Below the pieces are notes generated by a model that saw nothing but the letters and a program-made list of their open reading frames with translations, had not been told where the DNA came from and made no database searches. Positions 48,788 to 62,600 of a stretch of DNA of 64,000 nt are shown here, one piece after another. The stretch is from Dimorphilus gyrociliatus. Taxonomy: Eukaryota > Animalia > Annelida. The DNA lies in NCBI GenBank assembly GCA_904063045.1, contig CAJFCJ010000009.1, positions 848,942 to 912,941 of the forward strand. Reading direction: 5' to 3'. The position numbers were made by a program, and so were the translations under genes. Within the stretch, counting starts at the first letter, position 1. The number at the start of each line of letters is the position of its first letter.

Positions 48788-50185
48788 TCATTTCTTTCCT
48801 TGTTTAAAAAAACTTGATATACTTTTCATTCCCTTTTTATCAACTGCTTCCAATTTCTTTTGGGCTAGCGTTTTCTTTGTCATAGGCTATTCGTTAAATA
48901 TAAGAATAAAAATGAATAAATACTTAGAGTGATAAAAATATTTACTTTTTTAGCAGTGCTTTCAATTGTTTCCGTATAATCTTCATTCGGACCAGCGGAA
49001 GAGTTAGATTTTCTTTTCTAATAAGTTAAATATAAAAGAAGCTTTTTAAATCTAAAAGAAAGTCTTTTTAATATGGTTACTTTAGAATTTACTTGATTTT
49101 CAATTTTACGCATAACGACTTCTTTAATGCTAAAAAAAATGAGAATAATTTAGAATTATCTATTTAAATAAATTATTTAAAGAACATTCGTTTACCCTAA
49201 AATTTTCTTTAGCTTTTCTTCTACTTCATTTGGTAGATACTCACTAAACATACCACAAGAATAGGCCACAAGATCTGTAGTAGCTTTCTCTTCTTTTAAA
49301 GATTTTACGTAATTACTTGCACAAGCTGAGTATTCGACACTCTGTGGTCGATCCTTTAAATAATTTGATAACTTTTCAATCTAATAGAAAAATTTGATTA
49401 GAATATAAGTAATTGATTAGCTTATTATGAATATACTTTAAGTTTAAGCCAATCTAAACATTTTTCCTCCGAGTACTTTAAGACACAAGTGTCTCCGATA
49501 TCTATAAAGAAAACGAATTAATATATAATGGTAATTAATTCTTAGATCGATAACCTTTAACATCACAGATGGTTCTTAAGGATTCTATTACGTTCGGAGG
49601 AGACATAAAAACTTGTAGATTATCATATTCTTCATCACTAAGAATCTCTTCAATTTGCATATATTGCTAAGGAGGATTTAGCCGATTAGGTCAGTAATAG
49701 GTATGCTTTAAGCTTACCGAAGATTTTTTTAAAAGGTACGGAAGTATAATGAATCTTAAGTCAATTGGTGTTATTAAATACAACGAACCGTCTAAAATAA
49801 AATGCTAATGTTCTTATACAATTCAAAGTATTTACAAATTAAGGAACCTGATTGAACTTCATCATCAATAAACCACGATCTGTATTGCTCCTCAAATTTT
49901 AGGACTTCGTAAACAAGAATCTTATTCTTTTCAAACGATACATAAACCATGAAAGCTTCATCGCTACGAGGATGTCGTAATTGAATGAATTGTCGAGAGT
50001 CTTCAGATTGAACGGAATCTTTAATTTTATCTGAAAAATTGGTCGATAATGGAGGTTTCCTTTTTATTATTAACTGCTATAAAAAATCAATACTTATTTT
50101 TCAAAAGAATATTTATATCGTTAAACTTACTATCAACTATCATAAGAAATTTCTTCGACACATCTTGTGTTATATCAGAATCCAT
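48788..50185 (-). CDS. RNASEH2B: Ribonuclease H2 subunit B; multi-exon
   Basis: Manual splicing gives QLRHPRSDEAF, RSWFIDDEVQS|DGSLYLITPIDLRFIILPYL, KYSEEKCLDWLKLK, GMFSEYLP, and C-terminal PIP box QKKLEAVDKKGMKSISSFF. Confidence 0.92.
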
Positions 50186-50347
50186 TATTTTTATTAAGTC
50201 CAAACTGGCGCCAAACACAACTGGAAATAAACGGGTATCCCGGCTAATATGAAAAAAAATTCGCTTCAATTTTGTAGTGTCCAGTGATTCACTACTGAAG
50301 AAAGTCAGTAATTGTAATTGGTGTTAGAAACTACAACCGAACTGAAG

Positions 50348-50799
50348 ATGACAAAAACACTAAGTGAAAAGATTAGTTTTTGGTATTATTGGTATTTACT
50401 ACATACTGGTTTATATATGTTGGAATCTTGGGAGAGATCTATTTTCAGTATCCTTTGAAATTTTAAGCAAAATATAGCCAATTGTTCTCAATGTTTACCT
50501 ATTTGTATTTTAAGCAATTGTATTTTTAAAACAGTAAAATAGGTTTTGAAAATTTCTAGAGTTAAAATAAGAATTTATTATGAAATAATGATAAAATTCC
50601 TTAACTTGACATAGACACTGTTATAGTTGCCTTCATAGCTACAGCGACCTATACGGCATATTTATTCATGCCGGGTCACCTTTTAACGATATCCAAGTAA
50701 GATATTTAATTATTTCACTTCGTTTTAATAAAAATTTTCCCCCTCAGTTTCCTTATGTCGTACCTGTATGGCAATGATACAAGTAGAATAACGACTTGA
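50348..50799 (+). CDS. SPTSSA: Serine palmitoyltransferase small subunit (ssSPTa-like); 3 exons
   Basis: MTKTLSEKISFWYYWYLLHTGLYMLESWERSIF|NTVIVAFIATATYTAYLFMPGH...; introns 50448-50614 and 50697-50747. Not in the ORF track. Confidence 0.92.
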
Positions 50800-51012
50800 T
50801 GAAATTTTCTACAATTTTTGCTCAAAATGAATTAAAAACTCTTAAAAAAAGTTAATTAAAGTCGAACAAAACGTTCTTTTTAACATTCTGAAGAATGTCG
50901 ATGTTTGTAGGTAAAAGAATGGTGATTTATTATATATTTTTTTTACCTAAAACGAAAATTTTATTACACTACTAATATATAACGAAAACAACATATATTT
51001 ACAAGAGTTTGT

Positions 51013-51672
51013 TTATCTTTTATGTTTCTTTCCCGATATGGATGTTATGTCTCTTTTACTCAGCTTAGTTATACCACCCCTATGTCTTCCTACTTGACCA
51101 TCAAGAGCTCCAATATCATTTTTATCTTTCTTTGAGCGACGCTTTTTCATAGCTCCAGCACTAATAGAGCTTATTTTGTATCCTAAATTTTTTTCCGTCT
51201 CTTTTTTATTTTTTTCTTCTTGCTTTTCATGAAATTTTTTCTCCTTAAGTTCTTTTATGTTTAAACTTGGTCCTTTAGGAGGATCTGCACCTAATTTTAC
51301 TAGTTGACGAATTCTCGCATCTTTCCTTTTATCTTTATCAAATCCTTTTAAGGCGAAAGCATGAACTTCTCGACGAATATTGTTCAAGTTTATTTGAGGA
51401 TCGTCAGATGATAGGTCGTTTGAATTTCTACTAGTTTTTGTATTTTTATTTTTCTTTTTCGGTGGATCTCTGTAAACTATAACGTCTGTAGATGCCCATC
51501 CCTTTTTGCCTGCATTTTTATTTACGAGCTTCGCCGATTTCTCTATTTCTTCGACCTCATTTAAATGTTTTATCGTATCTTCACCCAGTCCTAAGTCTTT
51601 CTTGAACTGTTCAATTTGTTTTTGAGAAAACTTCTTTTTAACTTTCTTAACAATTTTCTTTTTCTTAGGCAT
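51013..51672 (-). CDS. C1orf131/DUF4602-like small-subunit processome factor; single exon
   Basis: NLNNIRREVHAF...LGADPPK...LDGQVGRHRGGITKLSKRDI resembles C1orf131. First suitable ATG is 51672 (MPKKKK). Confidence 0.75.
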   Translation of the reverse strand: MPKKKKIVKKVKKKFSQKQIEQFKKDLGLGEDTIKHLNEVEEIEKSAKLVNKNAGKKGWASTDVIVYRDPPKKKNKNTKTSRNSNDLSSDDPQINLNNIRREVHAFALKGFDKDKRKDARIRQLVKLGADPPKGPSLNIKELKEKKFHEKQEEKNKKETEKNLGYKISSISAGAMKKRRSKKDKNDIGALDGQVGRHRGGITKLSKRDITSISGKKHKR

Positions 51673-52153
51673 TTTTATGTTTATAAGCGAAGCATATCTA
51701 ATGAAATTAAATTCAAGCACGAGGGACGAACTAAAGAGCGAAACACTCAAGAACACGTTTGTTTATCAGCTCCGCGCTTAATGTTTACGTTTGACTGAAA
51801 AATTTTAGCATATTAAAATAGGCTTCAGTTTACTATAGTATATTCAAAGTTTATGCCAATTTCTTTTACAGTCTTCTTAACAAGGTTAAAATTTTAAGTT
51901 ATTCAGTGCTGCGCTATTATAGTGTGTTGTATTTCCGCTTTTATGTTCCAAGAAGATGAGTGCAAAAGAGGGCCAGTTAAAAGGTAATTCAAATACCAAG
52001 TTTAACACAGTGAAAGCATTCATTATGAAACTCAAATGGGAGTTTAATTTTTAATAAAAAAAATTTTTAGCCTTTTCCTCCTTTGAACATTAATGAATTG
52101 ATGACTCCATCAGTCACTGTGTTACTTGCTATATATTTTCGTAACGGCGTTTC

Positions 52154-52818
52154 ATGCGCGCCAGTGTGTTAGAAAGGGAAAAACGATCCGCAAATAATAA
52201 GGATCGAAGAGAAGAGAAGACAGAGAAGAGGCGGCATGGTTCAGACGAACCCTACGATCCCGAGGAAGAACCTGAACCGAAGAAAAAACATTCAGAAAAT
52301 AAAACCAGTGATGCATCTGTAAGCTAAAACAAATTATTATTAAAACTAATATTTGTATAATCATTTTTGTTATATTTGATTCTTGTAATGTATATTTTCG
52401 TCTCAGAAAAACAAACCAAACCATGGCAAATATTCTATTATTCTAAGTAAACCAGGCAAAAAAGAGCCTGTCTTAAAGAAAATGACTGTTGCTAACATGT
52501 TTAATGCTGATGTGAGTATAGTAAATTGCTTTTACAATCTCTTTTAGTTAATCTTGACATTCAGAGCTCGTCCGAGGAAGACGAAATGCCTCCTGAAGCA
52601 AGAATGAGGATGCGTAATATTGGAAAGTAAGAATTGTCTTTTGTGTAATCATAAAAATAACAGAAACCGTTCTTTCTTATTCTAGAGATACTCCAACAGC
52701 AGCAGGTCCAAATTCTTTTGGAAAAACGGGTATGGGATTTTGTAATAGGCAAAGAATAATAGAAAAGGAACTTGAAGCTCGTATGGAGGCTGTTTCTGGA
52801 GATAATGTTGGTAACTGA
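52154..52818 (+). CDS. PCNP: PEST proteolytic signal-containing nuclear protein; 4 exons
   Basis: EEDEMPPEARMRMRNIGK|DTPTAAGPNSFGKTGMGF matches the conserved PCNP C-terminus. Not in the ORF track on this strand. Confidence 0.92.
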
Positions 52819-53200
52819 GAGTGTTTTTTAATTGTTTGGTATCAATTTCAGCATATTTCTTGCGTTGTTGTTTGTGACTTTTCTTAAGCGGTCATAGATA
52901 TTTTTTGAAAGTGAATGGTTCTGTTAAATAGAATCTGATCAGAAAAAAGATCCTGACTGGTTACCTAATTTTTTCTAAATTCAGACTTGTATTGGCTGCT
53001 AGATGTCTAATAAATTAAAACTATTTTAAAAAATTAATTTTTCTGTATTAGCCTATATTAGTATATCTTTTATCTTTTTAAAACAAACTAATATTCACTA
53101 GTAGAAAATTACTTAAAATTTTCCAATTTTATTTTAAAATAACAAATGTATATTTTTGGATGAGCATAACTGTATCATTTCTTCTTTGAAATATTCTTTA

Positions 53201-55460
53201 TCACTCTCTACAGTTATCCTCATTAAAGACAGCAGATAATGAAAAAACTAATGAATAATGAACTTTTTCTAACGTGAATCGTCTTCCTACACCATTTTTC
53301 ATTCCTCCCACCCAATATGATGATTTTACTGATATAACATGAGATGCGACAGATGCTGTCTTGAAAGTGGTAAAGCCGATTAAATCACCCGCTCTTACAT
53401 CAACACATTCTTTAACGGAAACAAGCTGAACAGTATCTGGTTCCTTAGGGATAAACCTCTCAATTTCGTAAGCAAGATAAAAATTTCCCAATATCGTGTT
53501 GTTCCTTTACAAAAATAGAACTTTAAAAACATGTTGTTTATTAGAATTTATTACTTTTCATAATTTCCAACGATTGATAGCGGCCTCCAAATCTGAAAGC
53601 TAGTTTCATGGATATTAGAAAAGTATGCTTTAAACCCAACAAGTCTTCCGTTCCTCAAAAATCTTTGATCGTTAAGCACAATAGTTAAATTTTTTATCAC
53701 GTCTGAAGAATCTCCAGGGGTTTCATGATGACCGATTCGGCTTTCTCCAAGCCCTTGAAGGCCCGTTCCAGGGCAAAAACCGCACGACTTTCTGCAAAAA
53801 GCATGCATGTATTCCAAATTCTTATGGCATAGACCTTCGGATGCCCATACAGAGCACATATCTATTTTTGAATTGTCATCTTCGCATTTTACAACGTCAT
53901 TGGAAGGATTACATCCGGATAACGATTTCGTGCAATTTCTTGCCATAAACTTTGGATGTCTGACGCTTTCACCTTTCATATGCCAGTAATCGCACTTATA
54001 ATCGTTATCATATACATTTACGCAATTAAATTTTTCTTTATCACATCCCGAACAAGACTTAAAGCAGTTTTTTAACATAAAATGGGAGTTTCTTCCACAT
54101 AAACCAGCGCTGGCCCAATCGTCACACAATTTTTTTAGCTTTGTCTTATCTTCATATGTGTTTTGACACTTGGGCTGTTTTAGTTTACGGCACGAAGCAA
54201 GGCAATGTTCTAACATAAAGGAGGGGTTCTTTTGACATTCACCTTTATCAGCCAGCGTTTGACACTCAGCTGATAGATTAATAGCCTTAGGATCAAGAGT
54301 ATCTTTAACTGTGGAAGAACCACACTTAAAGCAACTCTTTCTGCAAAAAGCAAACATGTAAGTCGGCCTGATTTGGCATTCGCCAATAGCCGCAAGGAAT
54401 TCGCAAAGGTTATCTTTTTCAATATTTTCACACGGGAGCTCGACTTTTGAACATTTCCAACATGCTGCTCTACACTGAGGTATCATCCATTCAGGATGGC
54501 TAAGGCAGTTTCCCTCATTCATCCACATCTGACATTCAGCATCAGCGTTCTCTGATATGTAATGATTCGTGCATTCTATACAACTCCATTCTATTTCTAG
54601 ATATTTGCTGATCATTGGCTGAATGTGAACATTTTGATAGAAAGCTGAGCTTGAAAGTAGAAATAATTTTACAAGAAAATAAAAGTAACTTACATATTGA
54701 AACAAACCTAGTATTCATAATACAAGTATTTTGTTTGTCACAAGTTTTTCGAAAGAGATCTTGGGCATTGAATGCCCAAATTAAAGGTTTATCTATAGGA
54801 ATATCTTGAAAGCTTTCATGTTCTTTTACACAATATTTCCAATTTCTTCTACCATAAAAGGCCGATAAAGTAATTATTAAATGATTTTGAGGGCAACTAA
54901 TCTGTTGTTGTCTATCTTCACAAACAATAAGAGAATGTCTAATAGCTGAAATGGGAAAATTAATCAATTAGAAATGTACAAATAGATATAAATTATTACT
55001 TACGTTGACAGGAATAAGTTGTTTGAAAGTATGGCAAACATTCATTAAGTGTTGTTTGATTAATAAATTTTTGAAATAGAGTTGAATTTGTATCAATATT
55101 ACATCTTTCCTTGCCTTTGCAGTATTCGGTAAGAAATGAAAGAAATTCTATAGGATTAGCATCACATTCTACTTGAATTCTTCGCCTTCCCGTTGAAACA
55201 CAGAGTGTTTCATTATTATGACGTGAAAAAGTAGTATTCTCTATTTCTATTAGCGTCTCTGAAGGACATTTTAACTCTATCGATGAATTATAGCAAGACC
55301 AAGCGAAATATTTCAATTTATAATTTAAATCATTTGCTACAAATATACGAAATAATGTTTAGTTTTTTATAAAAAGTGAGCAAAAGCACTTACGTTCTCC
55401 GTAACAGTTGCTAACATAGAATAAAATAATAAAGATAGACACTATTGAAAACTTCGTCAT
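53201..55460 (-). CDS. Secreted protein: signal peptide, 2 x SUEL/Gal-lectin-like domains, 6 x ShKT domains, uncharacterised C-terminal domain
   Basis: Exon 1 MTKFSIVSIFIILFYVSNCYGE; SUEL-like C...SAFYGR...C...KYLEIEWSC; repeated C..W...G.C......M...C..SC..C; C-terminal GRLVGFKAYF...FQIWRP...VRAGDLIGF. Confidence 0.85.
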
Positions 55461-55895
55461 CTGCTTTAAGAGTAATGTATTCTTAAATTCAAATTTTCCT
55501 TCTGATATTTACTCTCAATAGCAAAATCAAATTATTGATTTGTAAGTATTTTAAGACAAACTTTAATAAACCAAAACATTTATATAATATAATAATAATA
55601 ATTGTAATAACTGATTTATGATTAAAATCTCCTTGTATTACTGATTTTTAACAGAGGACTATGTCGCTTTAGAGAAAGTTTCAGATGTATGTTTCGAATT
55701 TTGAGGATTCGAATAATTCGAAATGTTCACGAGAAAATAATAAACTAATAAAAACCATTAAATTATTTAATATTTCTAAAATCATTTCAGTAATTTAAAT
55801 TTTTATAAAAAAAATTAAAAATGTTCTGAAGATTCGAAAATAATATCTTTCATACCTCTGTTTCCGTTTCCGGTTACAGACGCCAAGTTACCGCA

Positions 55896-56746
55896 ATGGC
55901 TGCACCAGAATTTCCAGATATGCCTCAAAATCATACTATCTATGTAAATAACCTTAATGAGAAAATAAAAAAGGACGAGCTGAAACGATCCCTTTACGCG
56001 ATTTTCTCTCAGTTTGGACAAATATTGGATATTTTAGTTTCAAAGTCCCTCAAAATGCGAGGGCAAGCTTTCGTCGTCTTCAAAGAAATGACTAGTGCAG
56101 GAAGCGCCTTGAAATCAATGCAAGGTTTTCCTTTTTATGACAAGCCTATGAGGATTCAGTTCGCAAAAAAGGTATATTGCAATTTCTAGTAGTTCAACTA
56201 AGAGTAGTCTCGAGTTAAGGCTTGCACTAGTTTCTATTAAAAAATGTCTTTTAAGTTGTCAAAGTTATTTCAAAACAACTTCATTGTGCTCTATTATCAG
56301 GATATAAAACTTTTTTTTGCTATTATGGTATATTTTCTAAGAAATTTTCAATATATTTGTAGGACTCTGATGTTATTGCAAAAATGAAAGGAACATTTAT
56401 TGAAAGACCGAAGAAAAAGCCAATTGCAAAGAAAAAGAAGAAGACTAAAACTACTGGTGAATTTTCAGATATACCAGCTGGAGGTTCTACGCTTAACATG
56501 CCTGAACAACCACCACATCATATTTTGTTCTTGACAAATCTTCCTTCAGAAGTTACGGAAATGATGCTCTACGTACTGTTTAATCAATTTCCGGGATTCA
56601 GGGAAGTTCGCTTGGTTCCTGGAAGATCAGATATCGCCTTCGTAGAATTTGAAAATGAGGCTCAAGCTGGTACTGCTAAAGATTCTTTGCAAGGTTTCAA
56701 GATCACACCTTCTCATGCTATTAAAGTTTCTTTTGCTAAAAAGTAA
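55896..56746 (+). CDS. SNRPA: U1 snRNP protein A / U2B''-family (snf-like) two-RRM protein; 2 exons
   Basis: [47 protein letters not shown]; second [11 protein letters not shown]...IAFVEF. Loop 3 is U1A-like. Confidence 0.9.
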
Positions 56747-57104
56747 CTTTATTATCTTTATTTGAAGACAATTTTTTTACATAGCTGTTGTTGGACTATA
56801 TTTTCTGTGGCTTCGACAGAATAAATAGGTTATTCAAATTTAGAGATGACTGTTTTCTTTATGTTTTTTTTTAAACGAGAACCATTTTTGCATTCAAGGA
56901 AGTAATTCTCCAGGTTTGACGATTTTCTCAATTAAACTGAAATCTGTATTTAATACAACAATATATTATTTGAGAGTACATATACTTTTATTTTCTGTAA
57001 GTTTCACATTCTAAAAGTATTCAAAAAGCTACCAACTATAGATGGAGCTGTAATATTTTTTCGTTGAGTTCCTTATATCGTTCCATGTGATTTTATTGTG
57101 TATA

Positions 57105-58135
57105 ATGGAAGAGTCCAAAGAAAACAATCCTGTTGATTGTGAAGGAGCAAGTAGTTCATTGTAAGTTTATCGACTTATAATTTTATTCGACAGTACAATG
57201 CTACTTTATGATAGATCCTCTGGAGATATCAAGTCAATTAAGACTTATTCCATGAAACCCATAGCATATTTGCAATCAGTATTTAAGGAAAAAAATGGAA
57301 CACCTAGACAATCAAATACCTGCTCTGAATTTAGAGGAAAGATTACTATTGGGAAAGACTTATTTACAAATCCTGAACACAGCTTAGAGGGATTGTCCCA
57401 ATTTTCTCACATTTGGTAAAAATAGATCATTGAACACTATGTGTATCTGATTTAAATTGAATATTAATACTTAAAATATAAACAGGATTATTTTCATCTT
57501 TCATCAAAGTGGAAGCAACTTTACAAAGGCTAAAATTAAACCTCCTAGATTAAATAATAAGAAAGTTGGTGTATTCTCATGCCGCTCACCACACCGTCCA
57601 AATCCAGTAGGACTTACACTTGCAAAGCTAGAGTCAATCGAAGGTTTACGTTACACGTCCATTTTGCTAATGTGTGTTTTTAATTCAATATCTCTATTTA
57701 GACTCCACCATATATGTCTCAGGAATTGATATAATTGATGGTACACCTATTTTGGATGTTAAACCATATATTTCTGACTATGATTATCCAAAGATCGTTA
57801 ATGAGCTTGGTCTAGCCGATAAGAATTACGTGAATGAAGAAGCGCACACAGCTGAAGTTCACTCTGCCGACTGGATCGCCCAGGCAAATAATGAAAGCTT
57901 AACTGTTAGATTTACACTCAGAGCTCTAAATGATCTAGAAACTATACAGGTAGAAGAGTCAAATAATTTAAAAAAGGCAATTGTGGAAGTTCTAAGAAAT
58001 GACCCAAGATCTGTTTATAGGAGAAAACAATGCTGTGATAGATTATATTATTTTTCATTTAATCAAATTCATGTAACTTGTTGGTTTGACGATGATCAAG
58101 CCGAAGTCCTAAAGGTTAAGCAGGTCAGCAATTAA
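57105..58135 (+). CDS. TRMO: tRNA (adenine(37)-N6)-methyltransferase (TsaA/TrmO family)
   Basis: KNGTPRQ, SLEGLSQFSHIW, GVFSCRSPHRPNPVGLT, GIDIIDGTPILDVKPY, LRNDPRSVY. Confidence 0.93.
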
Positions 58136-58304
58136 CAAGATAAAATGATTGACGACCATTGCTTAATAAAGTTTTGTTTTTTTATTAAAATATCTATAAT
58201 TGGTTTTATGACTAATTTTGGATAAATTTTATATTTATTAGATTAATATATCCACCTTCAGTGAGATTTACACCAAATTTCATAAAGTCAAAGACAATTA
58301 CGTT

Positions 58305-59358
<1,054 letters not shown>

Positions 59359-59621
59359 TTCTATTTTTATTTAGTTTTTAAGTCTTCTGTTAATAATTTT
59401 GCTGTCTTTATCATTTACACAAATATTACATAAAACATCAAGATTCCCAAACCGGATGTTGAAGGTATAGCAAACGCCTGGCTAGTAATCCTCATACAAG
59501 GTGAGATAGACGAAAAAACGAGCGGAACGTAACATTCATAACCGGTTTATACTGTTGTCAAAACAACCGTAGCTTGTACAAAAAACTTTGAGAATAAATA
59601 TAATATTTAAGTTTAGTAATC

Positions 59622-62600
59622 ATGGCAGCCTCTATGCGAGGAATAAATCCAGAGCTGAAAAAATACTTGAAAGATCATCGCTTGACAGATATTTATGAGG
59701 TAATAGATAATCGCAAATTTTATCTAATAATAATTTTTTTAATTTAAAATCAACTTCTCTCTAGGCCTTGCTTACTGGATTAGCAGTTATGACCCCAAAA
59801 AATCCATACGAATTTCTTATATATAAGTTGAAACATCTTGATGAACTAATGAGTAAAGATAAAAGAGTTGAGATGAGATGGTTCGTTTGAAGTTTTTTTT
59901 TTAAATAAGAAACAATTAAGTCTAAAAGTGTCAAATTTATTCAATTTTTATAAGGGATATGTTTGTACCTGAGAGTAAGAAACCAAAAGAAAAGATAATA
60001 GCGGAGAGTAATCTCGATTATATATTTAATTTTGATGAAAATATTCAGGTAGCTTTATTCAATGGTTACGTTATATGTTCAAGCTTTTGAAAACTATCTT
60101 TCACAGCCAACAGAAGAGATGATTGAGAAGGCTTATGTTTATTATAATAGAAAGTTAAAGTCTATGAGTTATAAGTAAGAGTTTTAATAGTAAATTAATT
60201 AAGTATAATATATTTGTTACTCGTTTAACCCTCATTTAGCGCATGGATGCAATACATCTTAAGACAAAGGAGGAAACATGCTTTAGAAAGAGCTAATTGC
60301 GCAAAAGCGGATATTCATTATAAGCATAGAATTTTAAGAGTTCAATTAAAACAATGGATGGTAAGTTATTTTATCTTATCACTTATCAATAATTGTTCTA
60401 TTTTCCTGATTAAAATATTATTTCAGAATTGGGTTAAGTATAGAAAAGGAAGACAAAGAGGTAATAGAAGAAAAAAGATACCATATATACTGTATATAGT
60501 TTTTTTTTTAAAAAAAATACCACTAATTTGATTTTAAATGATTAAAAACAATTTCATAAATCTCTATAGCAGTTTTCCAGAACTAACAAAAATATTTATT
60601 AGGTGATATAGACACTTGAATATCACTGACTTATTGTATCAATATTATTATATTGTATTGGTGTATACAATTGAGATAGTTCTAAAAAATTCTTTAAATA
60701 TTTACATTCTCTTCAATTCTTTTTCTATCTTGTTTTTTTTTAATCATAGTTTTTCTTTTTAAAAAAAAAGATTAAACTATAAAATTAAATATTTATCTTT
60801 TTATTCTTCCTTGACCGGAGAGATAAAATAGAAATTAACAGTGTAATATACTTTAAGCACCATTAGCATGATGATTATATGACATCACTTATCAAATATT
60901 TGCATATTGTTGTATTGATTTGTTAAGAGGAAAAAGTGAGTTTAAAAATAACATTATAAAGAGAAAAACTTATCTTCTTCATTTTCTTTTTGATTTAAAA
61001 GATTGTTTATTTAAAATGAATAAATCATTATATTCCCTCTTTTTTATTCATTAAATTATAGTTGCATTCAATAAAATTGAACATATCTTCAATGTATCGG
61101 TGAGCAGAGTGATATTCGAAGCATGGCATCATGTAACACTAGAAGCTAAAACAACAAGAGAATATTTTGAGGTATTTTAAAATTAGATTAATTAATTATT
61201 TAAAAACGATTCTTAACATTTGTCTTATCTAATAAATTAATCAAAAATCTTGTTTGTTTGTTTTTAACTCTTTGTTTTTCCAAAATTTTTCAAACACAGA
61301 TAAAAATAAGGGTAAATTGTTTTTTTTTGTAGATTTATGCATGCTTGTTTTGTCTCTCACAAAACAGAGCTTTTTATGATTTTCACTCGATATTATGATT
61401 GGCTAATGTTTATATATATATCTACTTAAACAAAAACTAAAAGATCTGTTATTTATTTTAATTAATTCCTTTAGAGATTAGAAAGAGGTGAGAATATGGA
61501 CGATGAGTCAGAAATGTTTGGAAAATCTACTGGAGAGGCTAGAGATGATTTATCAATGTTACCTAGACATGTAGCAATAAAGGTATTATATATAAATATA
61601 ATAAAGAAAAAAACTTATTATTAATTTAAACAAATAGATATTATCGCATTTGGATTTATACGATCTAGCAAATTGCTCATGTGTATGTAGATCTTGGAAA
61701 GTAATTGCTCAATCTAGTCAATTATGGAGTAGGGTAAGTGAAAAAACACTTTGAAACTATCTCCAATACTGTATATCTCCTATTTCTGTTTCAGTTGGAT
61801 TTTTCAAAAATGCGCCATAGGTTTGTTTATTAATTAAAATAAAAGAAAATGTTAAAAATTCACTCATTAAATGAAATATTTTCTTTAAAAAAAAAATCTT
61901 TATCATTCATAACACTAATTGAGAAAATAAATGACAAAAAAACAGGCATGGTGTAGGTATTATTCCCTGGTAAGAAGGGCTTAAACTTTGTTGAATTACT
62001 AATACCACATTGTTATATTTGTAAGAATGTCACAGAAATAATCATTATTTGTTCAAATTATAATTTGATAGTGTAGGTGATTGGGTTTTTTTTTAGCTTT
62101 AATCAAATAAGAGAAAAAGAAAGAGAGAGAAAGAGGAAGAAAGAGAGATAAATTAATCAACTTTTTATAATTTAAAATACGTTCCAACAGGGTAACAGAT
62201 CTGACAACGACCAAATTACTTTACCGATGTAGGCCTTATCTGGTTCATTTAAATCTCAGAGGGTGCGATCTAATAACAAATAAAACTTTTTGGAGTGTAA
62301 GAGAATGCAGAAATTTACAAGACTTGAATTTATCCGATTGTTATGCAGTTAATGTGAGTATCATCCTTCTCTTGAATCTAATGCTTATAATCCTTAAATT
62401 TTACTTCATTAAACAAACATAGGACGAATCTATGAGAGTCATTACGGAAGGTTGTAAAATATTGCTGTACCTAAATCTATCATTTACGGAAATTTCTGAC
62501 GCTACTCTAAGATTATTGGGAAAGTTTGTTGATTTATTATTTTTTTAACAAACGCTATTGCAGTTTAATTCTTTTTTTCTCTTTAAAGGAACTCAATGAA

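Noticed and set aside
51956-51983. Short ATG-containing exon-like segment upstream of PCNP
   Set aside because: All nearby phase-1 acceptors lead to stops out of frame with PCNP. At most a uORF, with no further support.
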